This document shows, one piece after another, positions 23,835-31,784 of a stretch of DNA of 64,000 nucleotides (position 1 is the stretch's first letter; every line of letters starts with the position of its first letter). A program made the translations under genes and the position numbers. Origin of the DNA: Candidatus Nealsonbacteria bacterium (GTDB lineage Bacteria; Patescibacteriota; Minisyncoccia; Minisyncoccales; JAUWAW01); contig JAUWAW010000001.1 in assembly GCA_030601865.1 (NCBI GenBank), positions 46,433-110,432 of the forward strand, read 5' to 3'. The notes under the pieces were generated by a model, which worked only from the letters and a program-made list of their open reading frames with translations, was not told where the DNA came from and made no database searches.

Positions 23835-24049
23835 TGAAACAATATCTTCCTTTGGCACAAATTATCACTGCTATCTTACTTATCGTCTCTATTCTCCTCC
23901 AGCAGCGGGGTACTGCTCTGGGTAGTGCCTTTGGAGGTGGAGGAGGATTTTATGCTACCCGTCGTGGCATCCAAAAAAAACTTCTCTTCGCCAGCGTAGT
24001 TTTGGGCAGCCTTTTTATTCTTCTGGCTTTGTTAAACTTATTAATCTAA
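23834..24049 (+). CDS. secG: Preprotein translocase subunit SecG
   Basis: 71 aa; two TM helices with an LLQQRGTALGSAFGGGGGF loop. Confidence 0.8.
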   Translation: MKQYLPLAQIITAILLIVSILLQQRGTALGSAFGGGGGFYATRRGIQKKLLFASVVLGSLFILLALLNLLI

Positions 24050-24050
24050 A

Positions 24051-26042
24051 ATGACCTCAAAAATTAAGGATTCCTTAAAGTTATTTTCCCTTGAACGAGG
24101 TAAACAGTTTTTTAAAATCCTGAGTAAAAAAGAGAGAGTAATTTTTTTGGCTCTCGTGGTTTTATTCTTCGGTTCATCTATTTTTCTTTGTTTCAATTTT
24201 TATTTTAAACATAGCGAATTTCGCCCCACGTTTGGAGGAACTTACACCGAAGGTGTAATTGGCCAACCCCGCTGGATTAACCCCATCTACTCGCCCACCA
24301 ATGATGTTGACCGCGACCTGGTAGAACTTATTTTTTCGGGCTTGGTAAAATATAATGGGCAGGGCGAAATTATTCCTGACTTAGCCCGTGAATACAAAAT
24401 TAAAGAAGAAGGAAGGGTGTTTGAGTTTTATTTAAAAGAGAATTTGGTCTGGCAGGATGGCCAACCCTTAACCACCGACGATATAATTTTTACTGTCAAA
24501 ACGGTCCAGAATTCAGATTATAAAAGTCCTCTGCGAGCCAGCTGGTTGGGCGTTCAAACAGAAAAAATTTCCGACCTTGAAATTCGCTTTACATTAAAAG
24601 ACCCTTATCCTCCTTTCCTTGAAACGCTCAGCTTGAAAATCTTGCCCCAACATATCTGGGAGGATGTACCCCCGCAAAGATTTCCTTTGGCTCTCTACAA
24701 TCTTCAGCCTGTTGGCTCAGGCTCCTATAAATTAACAGAAATCAAGCAAGATAAATTGGGCTATATAAAATCTTTAGCTCTTCAAACCAATCAAAAATAT
24801 TTCGGCCAAAAACCATTTATTCCAAAAATCAATTTTTTATTTTTTGACAATGAAGAAAACCTAATTAAAGCTGCTAATCAAGAAGAAATTAATGGCTTCA
24901 GTGTATTTCTTAAAGATCCTTTCTTATTTGAAAACCGTTTCGTCCCTCATAATATAGTTTTGCCCAGGTATTTTGCTATCTTTTTCAATTCCAAACAATC
25001 AAAAATTTTAGCAGACGAAAAAATAAGGCAGGCCTTAAACTACGGCACAGACAAAAAAGCTATCTTAGACAATGTTTTTAGCTCTTTGGGAAAAATCGTC
25101 CACTCCCCTATCCTGCCTGATGTTTACGGCTATTCAAAACCTGAAAAAATTTACGTATTTGACTCCAGAAAAGCCAAAGAACTTTTGGAAAAAGCCGGCT
25201 TTCGGGACCAAGATGGGGATGGCAAAAGAGAAAAAATTCTTACAAAACAAAAAGCATCTGCTTTCAAAAACCAGCTTAAATCCGGAAGTCAGAGTGCTGA
25301 AGTGACGGAATTACAAAGATGTTTGGCTCAAGACCCCCAAGTTTATCCAGAAGGTGAAGTTATTGGCTATTTTGGACCAGCCACTAAAAGAGCGGTTATT
25401 AGATTTCAGGAAAAATACGCTCAGGAGATCTTAGAGCCCTCGGGACTGAAAAAAGGTACGGGAATTGTCGGCCCAAGCACAAGAAGCAAATTAAATGAAA
25501 TTTGCGGAAAAACTTCAGAGGAAATCTTGCCCCTTAAATTCTCTTTAGTCACAGTAGACCAACCGCCTTTAGTCCAAACAGCCCAACTTTTAAAAGAACA
25601 ATGGGGGGCTTTAGGAGTTGAAATTGAAATTAGAACGGTTGGGCTCTCGCAGCTTGAAAAAGATTTTATCAAAAAAAGAAATTACGAAAGTTTGTTGTTT
25701 GGCGAGGTCTTAGGTAGTATGCCCGACCCTTTTCCCTTCTGGCATTCATCTCAAAAAAACGACCCGGGTTTAAATTTAGCTCTCTATGAAAATAAAAAGG
25801 TGGATAAATTACTTGAAGAGGCGCGCCAATCCCTAAATCCAGAGGTAAGGGCGCAAAAATATGAGCAGTTTCAGGAAATCTTGATTGAAGACGCTCCCTG
25901 TGTCTTTTTATACAGCCCTGATTATCTTTATTTGGTTTCCAAAACAATCAAGGGAATAGATATGGAGATGATTGTTGACCCTTCAAAAAGGTTCAGTACC
26001 ATAGAAAATTGGTATATTAAAACAAAAAGAAAATGGAAATAA
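24051..26042 (+). CDS. ABC-transporter family-5 (peptide/nickel type) substrate-binding protein with inserted peptidoglycan-binding domain
   Basis: 663 aa; N-terminal TM anchor and SBP_5 pattern (DLVELIFSGLVKYN..IIPDLA..WQDGQPLTTDD). Inserted PG_binding_1-like segment VTELQRCLAQ...GYFGPATKRAVIRFQ. No permease or ATPase genes adjacent. Confidence 0.75.
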   Translation: MTSKIKDSLKLFSLERGKQFFKILSKKERVIFLALVVLFFGSSIFLCFNFYFKHSEFRPTFGGTYTEGVIGQPRWINPIYSPTNDVDRDLVELIFSGLVKYNGQGEIIPDLAREYKIKEEGRVFEFYLKENLVWQDGQPLTTDDIIFTVKTVQNSDYKSPLRASWLGVQTEKISDLEIRFTLKDPYPPFLETLSLKILPQHIWEDVPPQRFPLALYNLQPVGSGSYKLTEIKQDKLGYIKSLALQTNQKYFGQKPFIPKINFLFFDNEENLIKAANQEEINGFSVFLKDPFLFENRFVPHNIVLPRYFAIFFNSKQSKILADEKIRQALNYGTDKKAILDNVFSSLGKIVHSPILPDVYGYSKPEKIYVFDSRKAKELLEKAGFRDQDGDGKREKILTKQKASAFKNQLKSGSQSAEVTELQRCLAQDPQVYPEGEVIGYFGPATKRAVIRFQEKYAQEILEPSGLKKGTGIVGPSTRSKLNEICGKTSEEILPLKFSLVTVDQPPLVQTAQLLKEQWGALGVEIEIRTVGLSQLEKDFIKKRNYESLLFGEVLGSMPDPFPFWHSSQKNDPGLNLALYENKKVDKLLEEARQSLNPEVRAQKYEQFQEILIEDAPCVFLYSPDYLYLVSKTIKGIDMEMIVDPSKRFSTIENWYIKTKRKWK

Positions 26043-26078
26043 ACTTTCCAAAACAATTTAATTATCCACAGTCCCCCC

Positions 26079-26106
26079 TTGACAAAGATTTTGCTTCTGC
26101 TATACT
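26079..26106 (+). promoter_or_regulatory. Near-consensus promoter of the NYN gene
   Basis: TTGACA (26079-26084), N16, TGc-TATACT (26098-26106). Confidence 0.6.
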
Positions 26107-26112
26107 TAAAAT

Positions 26113-26158
26113 AGTTAACCCCCCCTGCGACATCTTTTTGATCTCGCAGGGTTTAACT
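26113..26158 (+). promoter_or_regulatory. Structured 5' leader hairpin upstream of the NYN gene
   Basis: agttaaccccccctgcga-catctttttgatc-tcgcagggtttaact; shares the cctgcga/tcgcagg core with family 2. Confidence 0.5.
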
Positions 26159-26168
26159 TTTATGCTTT

Positions 26169-26711
26169 ATGTCTAAAGTAAAGGTTTTTATTCAAGTTGA
26201 CGGGAGTAATTTTTATCACCGCCTTAAAGAATTAGAGTTAAGAAATCTTTTGGACTTTGATTATCAAAAATTTACACAATTTATTATAAACGAAGAGAAA
26301 GAAGAAATATCTCTGGCAAATTATTATATCGGCTCGATTCGAACAGAAGCAGATAACCCCAAAAGTCAAGAATTATGGAGAAATCAGAGAATTTTATTGG
26401 GCCGACTTCAAAAACAAGGTTTTAAAATCGGCTTTGGCCATATGTTAAAGACAGACACATATCACGAAAAAGGCGTTGATGTTTTAATTGCTGTTGATAT
26501 GTTAATTGCTGCTTATGAAAACTTGTATGATAAGATAATTTTAGTAAGTTCTGATACTGACTTGTTGCCCGCCATTCTCAAGACCAAGGAGTTAGGCAAA
26601 ACTGTTGAATACATTGGCTTCTCTCACAAAGCCAGTCATGCAATGATTGCCAATTGTTCTTCAAGTTATTTACTAAGAAAAGGTGATGTAGAGAAATTTC
26701 TAAAATTATGA
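26169..26711 (+). CDS. NYN-domain (LabA-like) putative ribonuclease
   Basis: 180 aa; VFIQVDGSNFYH, EKGVDVLIAVDM and ILVSSDTDLLP acidic motifs. Confidence 0.8.
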   Translation: MSKVKVFIQVDGSNFYHRLKELELRNLLDFDYQKFTQFIINEEKEEISLANYYIGSIRTEADNPKSQELWRNQRILLGRLQKQGFKIGFGHMLKTDTYHEKGVDVLIAVDMLIAAYENLYDKIILVSSDTDLLPAILKTKELGKTVEYIGFSHKASHAMIANCSSSYLLRKGDVEKFLKL

Positions 26712-26770
26712 CCAAAAACAAAAAAATATTTTATGGGGTTTTATGAAACAATTTGTGAGAATATTATACT

Positions 26771-27403
26771 ATGGAACTCAAAAAACCTGACATCCGTTAT
26801 CTTAATAATATGAAAGAGGTACTTTGTGACCAGGAGTGGGCAAAAGATGCTCCTAATCTTGAGCTTTATTATATGTATCGCTACACAAAACGCGACGGCG
26901 CTTTGAGATATGACATTACTGAAATCCCATTTCAAATGTTAGGCAAAGAATATGTTAAAACAAAAGGCCACAGTCACGCAGGCGCCGAAACCTACGAGGT
27001 TTTACAAGGCAAAGCTATCTTCCTTCTCCAAAAATGTAACGAGAAAAAACCTGACGAGAAGACTTCTCGTCAGGTTGAGGATGTTTATGCGGTTGAGGTA
27101 AAAAGTGGTGATAAGGTATTTATTCCTGCTCATTACGGACATGTAACCATTAATCCCGGACCCGAAGACCTCAAAATGGCAAATTGGGTTTCCGACGCAT
27201 TCAAGTCAGATTATTCCCTTTATCTTGAAAAACAAGGCGCTTGCTATTACTGTATTAAAGGAAATCGGCCCCCATCACTCTGCAAGAGTGAGGGGGTAAA
27301 CTGGATTAAAAACGAAAATTATGGTAAAGTGCCAGAACTAAGATTTGAAAAGCCAAACAAAAATATTCCTGAAGATTTAAAGAAAGCTTTGATGGGAGAA
27401 TAA
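26771..27403 (+). CDS. pgi: Cupin-type (archaeal-type) glucose-6-phosphate isomerase
   Basis: 210 aa; TKGHSHAGAETYEVLQGKAIFLLQ and SGDKVFIPAHYGHVTINPG match Pyrococcus-type PGI as recalled. Confidence 0.8.
   Translation: MELKKPDIRYLNNMKEVLCDQEWAKDAPNLELYYMYRYTKRDGALRYDITEIPFQMLGKEYVKTKGHSHAGAETYEVLQGKAIFLLQKCNEKKPDEKTSRQVEDVYAVEVKSGDKVFIPAHYGHVTINPGPEDLKMANWVSDAFKSDYSLYLEKQGACYYCIKGNRPPSLCKSEGVNWIKNENYGKVPELRFEKPNKNIPEDLKKALMGE
27048..27076. repeat. 14-bp-arm palindrome in frame inside cupin PGI
   Basis: aacctgacgagaag-a-cttctcgtcaggtt; encodes KPDEKTSRQV in a loop about 12 aa longer than in Pyrococcus PGI. Confidence 0.85.
27269..27296. repeat. Family-8 palindrome (CCCCC..CAC..CTGCAA..GTG..GGGGG) in frame inside cupin PGI
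   Basis: cccccatcactc-tgcaa-gagtgaggggg; encodes RPPSLCKSEG; related to the yraN copy at 54282. Confidence 0.8.
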
Positions 27404-27409
27404 AATCTT

Positions 27410-27493
27410 GCCGCGGTGGTGAAACTGGTAAACACGTTAGCTTCAGGAGCTAATGCTTGCAAAAGCTTGAGAGTTCGAATCTCTCCCGCGGCA
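27410..27493 (+). tRNA. tRNA-Leu (anticodon CAG), class II with long variable arm; CCA not encoded
   Basis: Hand fold: acceptor GCCGCGG/CCGCGGC, D stem GTG/CAC, anticodon stem TTAGC/GCTAA with loop TTCAGGA, variable arm TGCTTGCAAAAGCTT, T arm GAGAG-TTCGAAT-CTCTC, discriminator A. Confidence 0.92.
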
Positions 27494-27501
27494 CAAATTA
27501 G

Positions 27502-27545
27502 GCGGGTGGGAGAAATCCCGTGGGGGTGCAAATCCTCCTGCCCGT
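27502..27545 (+). other. tRNA-like mini-structure between tRNA-Leu and the rnj start
   Basis: Outer stem GCGGG/CCCGT, hairpin GGGA-GAAA-TCCC, T-arm-like hairpin GGGGG-TGCAAAT-CCTCC; no anticodon arm. Confidence 0.35.
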
Positions 27546-27551
27546 ACAACT

Positions 27552-29231
27552 ATGCAAAAAGCAAAACAACCCTATTTGCGGATTATTCCGCTGGGCGGCT
27601 TAGGGGAAGTGGGTCGCAATATGATGCTCTTAGAATACAAAAGAGCGATTTTGATTATTGATGTGGGTCTTCGTATGCCGGAAGAAGATATGCCCGGCAT
27701 TGACTATATTATTCCCAACATAAACTATCTCAAGGGAAGAAGCAAAGATGTGTTAGGTGTTGTTTTCACTCATGGACATTATGACCATATTGGCGCTGTC
27801 CCCTATTTGATAGAAAAGATTGGCAATCCTCCAATCTTTGCTTCACGACTGACCAAGGGAATTATTCTAAGAAGGCAAGAGGAATTTCCTCTCCAGCCCA
27901 AATTAGAAATTGAGGAAGTAAAAGACGGCTCTAAAATTCAGTTAGGTCCTTTTAAGATTGAGTTTTTCAAACAAAACCATAATATCCCGGATAATTTAGG
28001 TCTTTTTATTGAAACGCCAGTGGGAAATATTCTGCACACTTCTGATTTTAAGTTTGACCCGCATCCCATTTATGACAGGCCAACTGATTTTAGAAAACTC
28101 AATGACTTAGCCAGACGAAGAATTCTGCTCTTAATGTCTGATTCAACCGGAGCAGAAAACGAAGGTCATTCTTTTTCTGAAAAAACCATTATGGAGAACT
28201 TGGAAGAAATCTTTAAGCAGGCAAAGGGCAGAATAATTGCCGCTACTTTTGCTTCCCTGATTAACAGAATTCAGCAGATTATTACTTTGTCTGAAAAATA
28301 TAAAAGAAAAGTGGTGCTTGAGGGCTATAGTATGAAAAACTATGTAGAACTCGCCAAGACGCTTGGTTATCTCAAAATGGAAAAAAACACTCTTATTAAG
28401 GCAAAAGAAGCAAGAAATTTTCCTGATTCAAGAATCACTATTTTATGCACCGGAGCCCAGGGCGAAGGTTCGGCCGCCCTGATGAAAATCGCCAACAAAG
28501 AGCATAAATATATTCGGCTAAGAAGGGACGACTCGGTTATTCTTTCTTCTTCGGTAATCCCTGGCAATGAAAGAACAGTACAAATTGTCAAGGATGAAAT
28601 TTTGCGGCAAAAAGCCAAGGTCTTTCACTACAAGATGATGGATATTCATGCCGGGGGCCACGGCCAGCAGGAAGAATTATTAGAAATGCTCAAGATTATG
28701 CGGCCGAAATGTTTTCTGCCCATCCATGGCCAAATTTCAATGTTAGTGGCTCATAATGAACTTGCCAAAGCCGCGGGTCTAAGCGAAAAAAATGTGCTTC
28801 TAATAGAAAACGGTCAGATAATTCGGCTTTTCGCTAACGGGATTTCTGTTGAAAAAAAACGAGCGGCTCATTACTATGTCATGGTTGATGGCTTGGGCAT
28901 AGGAGATATTGGCGAGGTTGTTTTGCGCGATCGCCAGATGTTAGCCAAAGATGGTATGTTTGTCATTGTGGCGGTGGTTGATAGGCAAACAGGCAAAGTC
29001 AAAAGTTCTCCCGACATTATCTCCAGGGGCTTTGTTTATTTACGGGAGTCAAAACAACTTTTGGCTGAAACTCGCAAAAAAGTTATTGCCATTGTTAATA
29101 AAGCAGCTGGCAAAGGGGGAGCAGTCAACTGGGCTTATATTAAAGATGAAATCCGCAACAAAATCGGCCAGTTTCTGTATAAGAAAACACAACGTCGACC
29201 CATAATTTTACCCGTTGTTATAGAAGTGTAA
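27552..29231 (+). CDS. rnj: Ribonuclease J
   Basis: 559 aa; metallo-beta-lactamase HGHYDHIG motif, beta-CASP region, C-terminal domain. Confidence 0.9.
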   Translation: MQKAKQPYLRIIPLGGLGEVGRNMMLLEYKRAILIIDVGLRMPEEDMPGIDYIIPNINYLKGRSKDVLGVVFTHGHYDHIGAVPYLIEKIGNPPIFASRLTKGIILRRQEEFPLQPKLEIEEVKDGSKIQLGPFKIEFFKQNHNIPDNLGLFIETPVGNILHTSDFKFDPHPIYDRPTDFRKLNDLARRRILLLMSDSTGAENEGHSFSEKTIMENLEEIFKQAKGRIIAATFASLINRIQQIITLSEKYKRKVVLEGYSMKNYVELAKTLGYLKMEKNTLIKAKEARNFPDSRITILCTGAQGEGSAALMKIANKEHKYIRLRRDDSVILSSSVIPGNERTVQIVKDEILRQKAKVFHYKMMDIHAGGHGQQEELLEMLKIMRPKCFLPIHGQISMLVAHNELAKAAGLSEKNVLLIENGQIIRLFANGISVEKKRAAHYYVMVDGLGIGDIGEVVLRDRQMLAKDGMFVIVAVVDRQTGKVKSSPDIISRGFVYLRESKQLLAETRKKVIAIVNKAAGKGGAVNWAYIKDEIRNKIGQFLYKKTQRRPIILPVVIEV

Positions 29232-29254
29232 AAAAGTTAAGATATATAAAATAT

Positions 29255-30232
29255 ATGCGTGTTTTTTCGGGCATTCGGCCCACCGGCGATATTCATATAG
29301 GCAATTATTTGGGAGCCATAAAAAATTGGGTCAATTTGCAAGATAAAGCAGATTGTATTTTTTGTATTGTTGATTTACATGCTTTGACTACCCCTTACAA
29401 AGCAAAAAAGCTGCAAAAAAACATTTTTGACTTAGCTGTCACTTATTTGGCAGCTGGTCTTAACCCCAAAAGATGTATCTTTTTTGTCCAGTCACAAGTC
29501 AAAGCACACGTTGAATTAGCTTGGCTTCTGTCAACCATTACTCCGCTCGGCGAACTGCAACGAATGACCCAATTCAAAGAAAAATCAACCAAACACCCAG
29601 AAAGCATCAATGCCGGACTTTTAAATTACCCGGTTTTGATGGCCGCTGACATTTTGCTTTACCAAACCGATATTGTGCCAGTAGGCCAAGACCAAAAACA
29701 ACATGTAGAATTAGCCCGAACCATTGCCCGAAAGTTCAACCAACGATTTGGCAAGGTTTTCAAAGAGCCAAAGGTCCAGCTGCAAAAAATCGGAGCTAAA
29801 ATAATGTCTCTGCAAAATCCAAATAAAAAAATGTCCAAAACCGACTCCCCTGCTTCTTATATCGGCCTGTTTGAAAATCCCAGAGAAATCAAACAAAAAA
29901 TAATGGCAGCAATGACTGACTCGGGCAAAGAAATAATATATAATCCCAGCAGAAAACCAGGTATTTCTAATCTCTTAAGTATTTATTCTCTTTTCAGCGG
30001 CAAAACAATTAAACAAATAGAAAAAGAGTTTAAAGGTAAGGGTTATGCTCAATTCAAAAAATCTTTGGCTCAAGTTCTAATAAAATCTCTTGCGCTATTT
30101 CGTGAAAAAAGAAAAGAACTTTTGAAAAACAGAACAAAAGTTCAAAAAATCCTTGAAAACGGCGCCAAAAAAGCCCAGACAATCGCTAATAGCACAATGG
30201 AACAAGCCAAGAAAAGAATGGGCCTTAATTAA
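29255..30232 (+). CDS. trpS: Tryptophan--tRNA ligase
   Basis: 325 aa; SGIRPTGDIHIGNYLGA (HIGH) and KMSKT motifs. Confidence 0.95.
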   Translation: MRVFSGIRPTGDIHIGNYLGAIKNWVNLQDKADCIFCIVDLHALTTPYKAKKLQKNIFDLAVTYLAAGLNPKRCIFFVQSQVKAHVELAWLLSTITPLGELQRMTQFKEKSTKHPESINAGLLNYPVLMAADILLYQTDIVPVGQDQKQHVELARTIARKFNQRFGKVFKEPKVQLQKIGAKIMSLQNPNKKMSKTDSPASYIGLFENPREIKQKIMAAMTDSGKEIIYNPSRKPGISNLLSIYSLFSGKTIKQIEKEFKGKGYAQFKKSLAQVLIKSLALFREKRKELLKNRTKVQKILENGAKKAQTIANSTMEQAKKRMGLN

Positions 30233-30246
30233 TCCATAACTTGGTG

Positions 30247-30297
30247 AATGGTCTAAAACCCGAGGTTGTTTGGTCTAACCTCGGGTTTTAGACCATT
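30247..30297 (+). terminator. 21-bp perfect inverted repeat after trpS (terminator or element)
   Basis: aatggtctaaaacccgaggtt-gtttggtct-aacctcgggttttagaccatt; no T-run follows. Confidence 0.5.
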
Positions 30298-30350
30298 GCT
30301 TTGCTTGCCTTGTTTTTTCATCACTGAATAATCTCTAAGTATGTGCGGCA

Positions 30351-30842
30351 ATGAAAGGAGAAGGTATAATGGCTGATTGGACTGATTTTATCAAAGAACA
30401 AGAAAAAGCAATACAAGAATTCGTTGGCGAAGAGAAAGTCATCGTGGCTCTCTCTGGGTGTATGGACAGCTCACTAACTACTATGTTAGTCCATCATGCT
30501 CTAAAGAAAGACCAAGTTTCGATGATCACCATCGACGACGGACTCAGAAGGAAAGGCGAACCTCAATGGGTAGTCAACACCTTTGCCAGCTTAGGCATTA
30601 AAGTAGGAACTCTAATAGTGAATCCTAAGTGGCTATTTTCTTCCTTGGGTCAAGCCAGGAATCCAGAAGTGAAAAGAGCAAGGTTTCGCTCTTTCTTTTA
30701 CAAAACCCTTGCTAGTCACGCTGAAAAAACAGGAGCTAAGGTTCTCTTTCAGGGAACCAATAGGGCCGATGTCCAGGAGACGGTTGGTGGTGTTAAACTC
30801 CAACATAAAAAAGTAAATCATTCCCAATCCTCCTTAGGGTAA
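30351..30842 (+). CDS. GMP synthase ATP-pyrophosphatase-domain-like protein, truncated (possible gene remnant)
   Basis: PP-loop VALSGCMDSS, DDGLRRKGE and NPEVKRARFRSFF..FQGTNRADVQET resemble the GuaA C-terminal half. No GATase domain or dimerisation domain. Likely start is the ATG at 30370 after AAAGGAG. Confidence 0.55.
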   Translation: MKGEGIMADWTDFIKEQEKAIQEFVGEEKVIVALSGCMDSSLTTMLVHHALKKDQVSMITIDDGLRRKGEPQWVVNTFASLGIKVGTLIVNPKWLFSSLGQARNPEVKRARFRSFFYKTLASHAEKTGAKVLFQGTNRADVQETVGGVKLQHKKVNHSQSSLG

Positions 30843-30903
30843 TATGATAAATTTCTCCATTGACAAATTCGTATCTTCGTTGAGGCATAAAGTTAGTTAA
30901 CAG

Positions 30904-30950
30904 CGTTCCGATCCCTGTAAAATTTACGGGGATCGGAACGTTGTTTTTTT
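30904..30950 (+). terminator. Intrinsic terminator
   Basis: 13-bp stem cgttccgatccct/ggggatcggaacg followed by ttgttttttt. Confidence 0.75.
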
Positions 30951-30992
30951 GATTAGCCACTGGTCCAGTTTTCACCGATTTCGGGGACGCTA

Positions 30993-31784
30993 CTATTTAC
31001 TATTTAATAATTTCAGAAATTCATTGTGGATTTTGCCGTTTGTTATAATAAGATGGCTTACGTTCTGGCCATGAAATTTCCCATCCAAGCCAGTAATTGT
31101 AGCGCCGGCTTCTTTGGCAATGACTATGCCTGCCGCTACATCCAGCACTTCCTCTTTCCCGCTTAGGTCAAAATATGCCTCATAGCCGCCCTGCGCAATA
31201 AAGCAACAAGCAAAACCTCCTAAGCCCAGAGCGCGAAAACGATAAGCATGCTTAGAAATTAATTCTAATCTTTTTGAAAACAGTTTATGTTCTTCTACTC
31301 TTAACTTATCACTGGAAGCCATATCCAAATAAATTATTGCTTCTTTGAGATTATCAATATCTGAAACTCTAATTCTTTTGTTGTTACAGAAAGCCCCTTT
31401 GTCTTTCTCTGCCCAATATAAATCGCCTATTGTGAGCAGGTAAATAACGCCAATAATCGGTTCATCTCCCTTCCATAAAGCGATTGAGACATTAAAAAGT
31501 TTGATTCCCTTGGCATAATATTTAGTGCCGCATAAAGCATCAAGTATCCAAAGATAGTCGCTATCGCCTTTAATCCTTCCGTATTCCTCACCGTCAATTT
31601 GGTGGCTAGGATACTTCTGTTTAATTTTTTCTATAATTATTTTTTCGGCCTCTAAATCCATATTAGTCAGAATATCTCGTTTGTCGGCTTTAGTTTTTTC
31701 TACCCTGACTCTATCAAATCCATTCATTAAAATCTCTCCTGCCTCTTTAGCGAGTTCTATAGCAAATTTTAATTCTTCACTCAT
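30993..31784 (-). CDS. Inositol monophosphatase / FBPase family protein (SuhB-like), divergent metal motif
   Basis: 263 aa; DLEAEKIIIEKI..GEE, WILDALCGTKYY (in place of WxxDPIDGT), GGYEAYFD. Confidence 0.7.
   Translation of the reverse strand: MSEELKFAIELAKEAGEILMNGFDRVRVEKTKADKRDILTNMDLEAEKIIIEKIKQKYPSHQIDGEEYGRIKGDSDYLWILDALCGTKYYAKGIKLFNVSIALWKGDEPIIGVIYLLTIGDLYWAEKDKGAFCNNKRIRVSDIDNLKEAIIYLDMASSDKLRVEEHKLFSKRLELISKHAYRFRALGLGGFACCFIAQGGYEAYFDLSGKEEVLDVAAGIVIAKEAGATITGLDGKFHGQNVSHLIITNGKIHNEFLKLLNSK

Noticed and set aside
27416-27661. ORF 27416-27661 (+) and ORF 27319-27549 (-)
   Set aside because: They run through tRNA-Leu and the tRNA-like spacer, and the first is out of frame with the well-supported rnj start at 27552.
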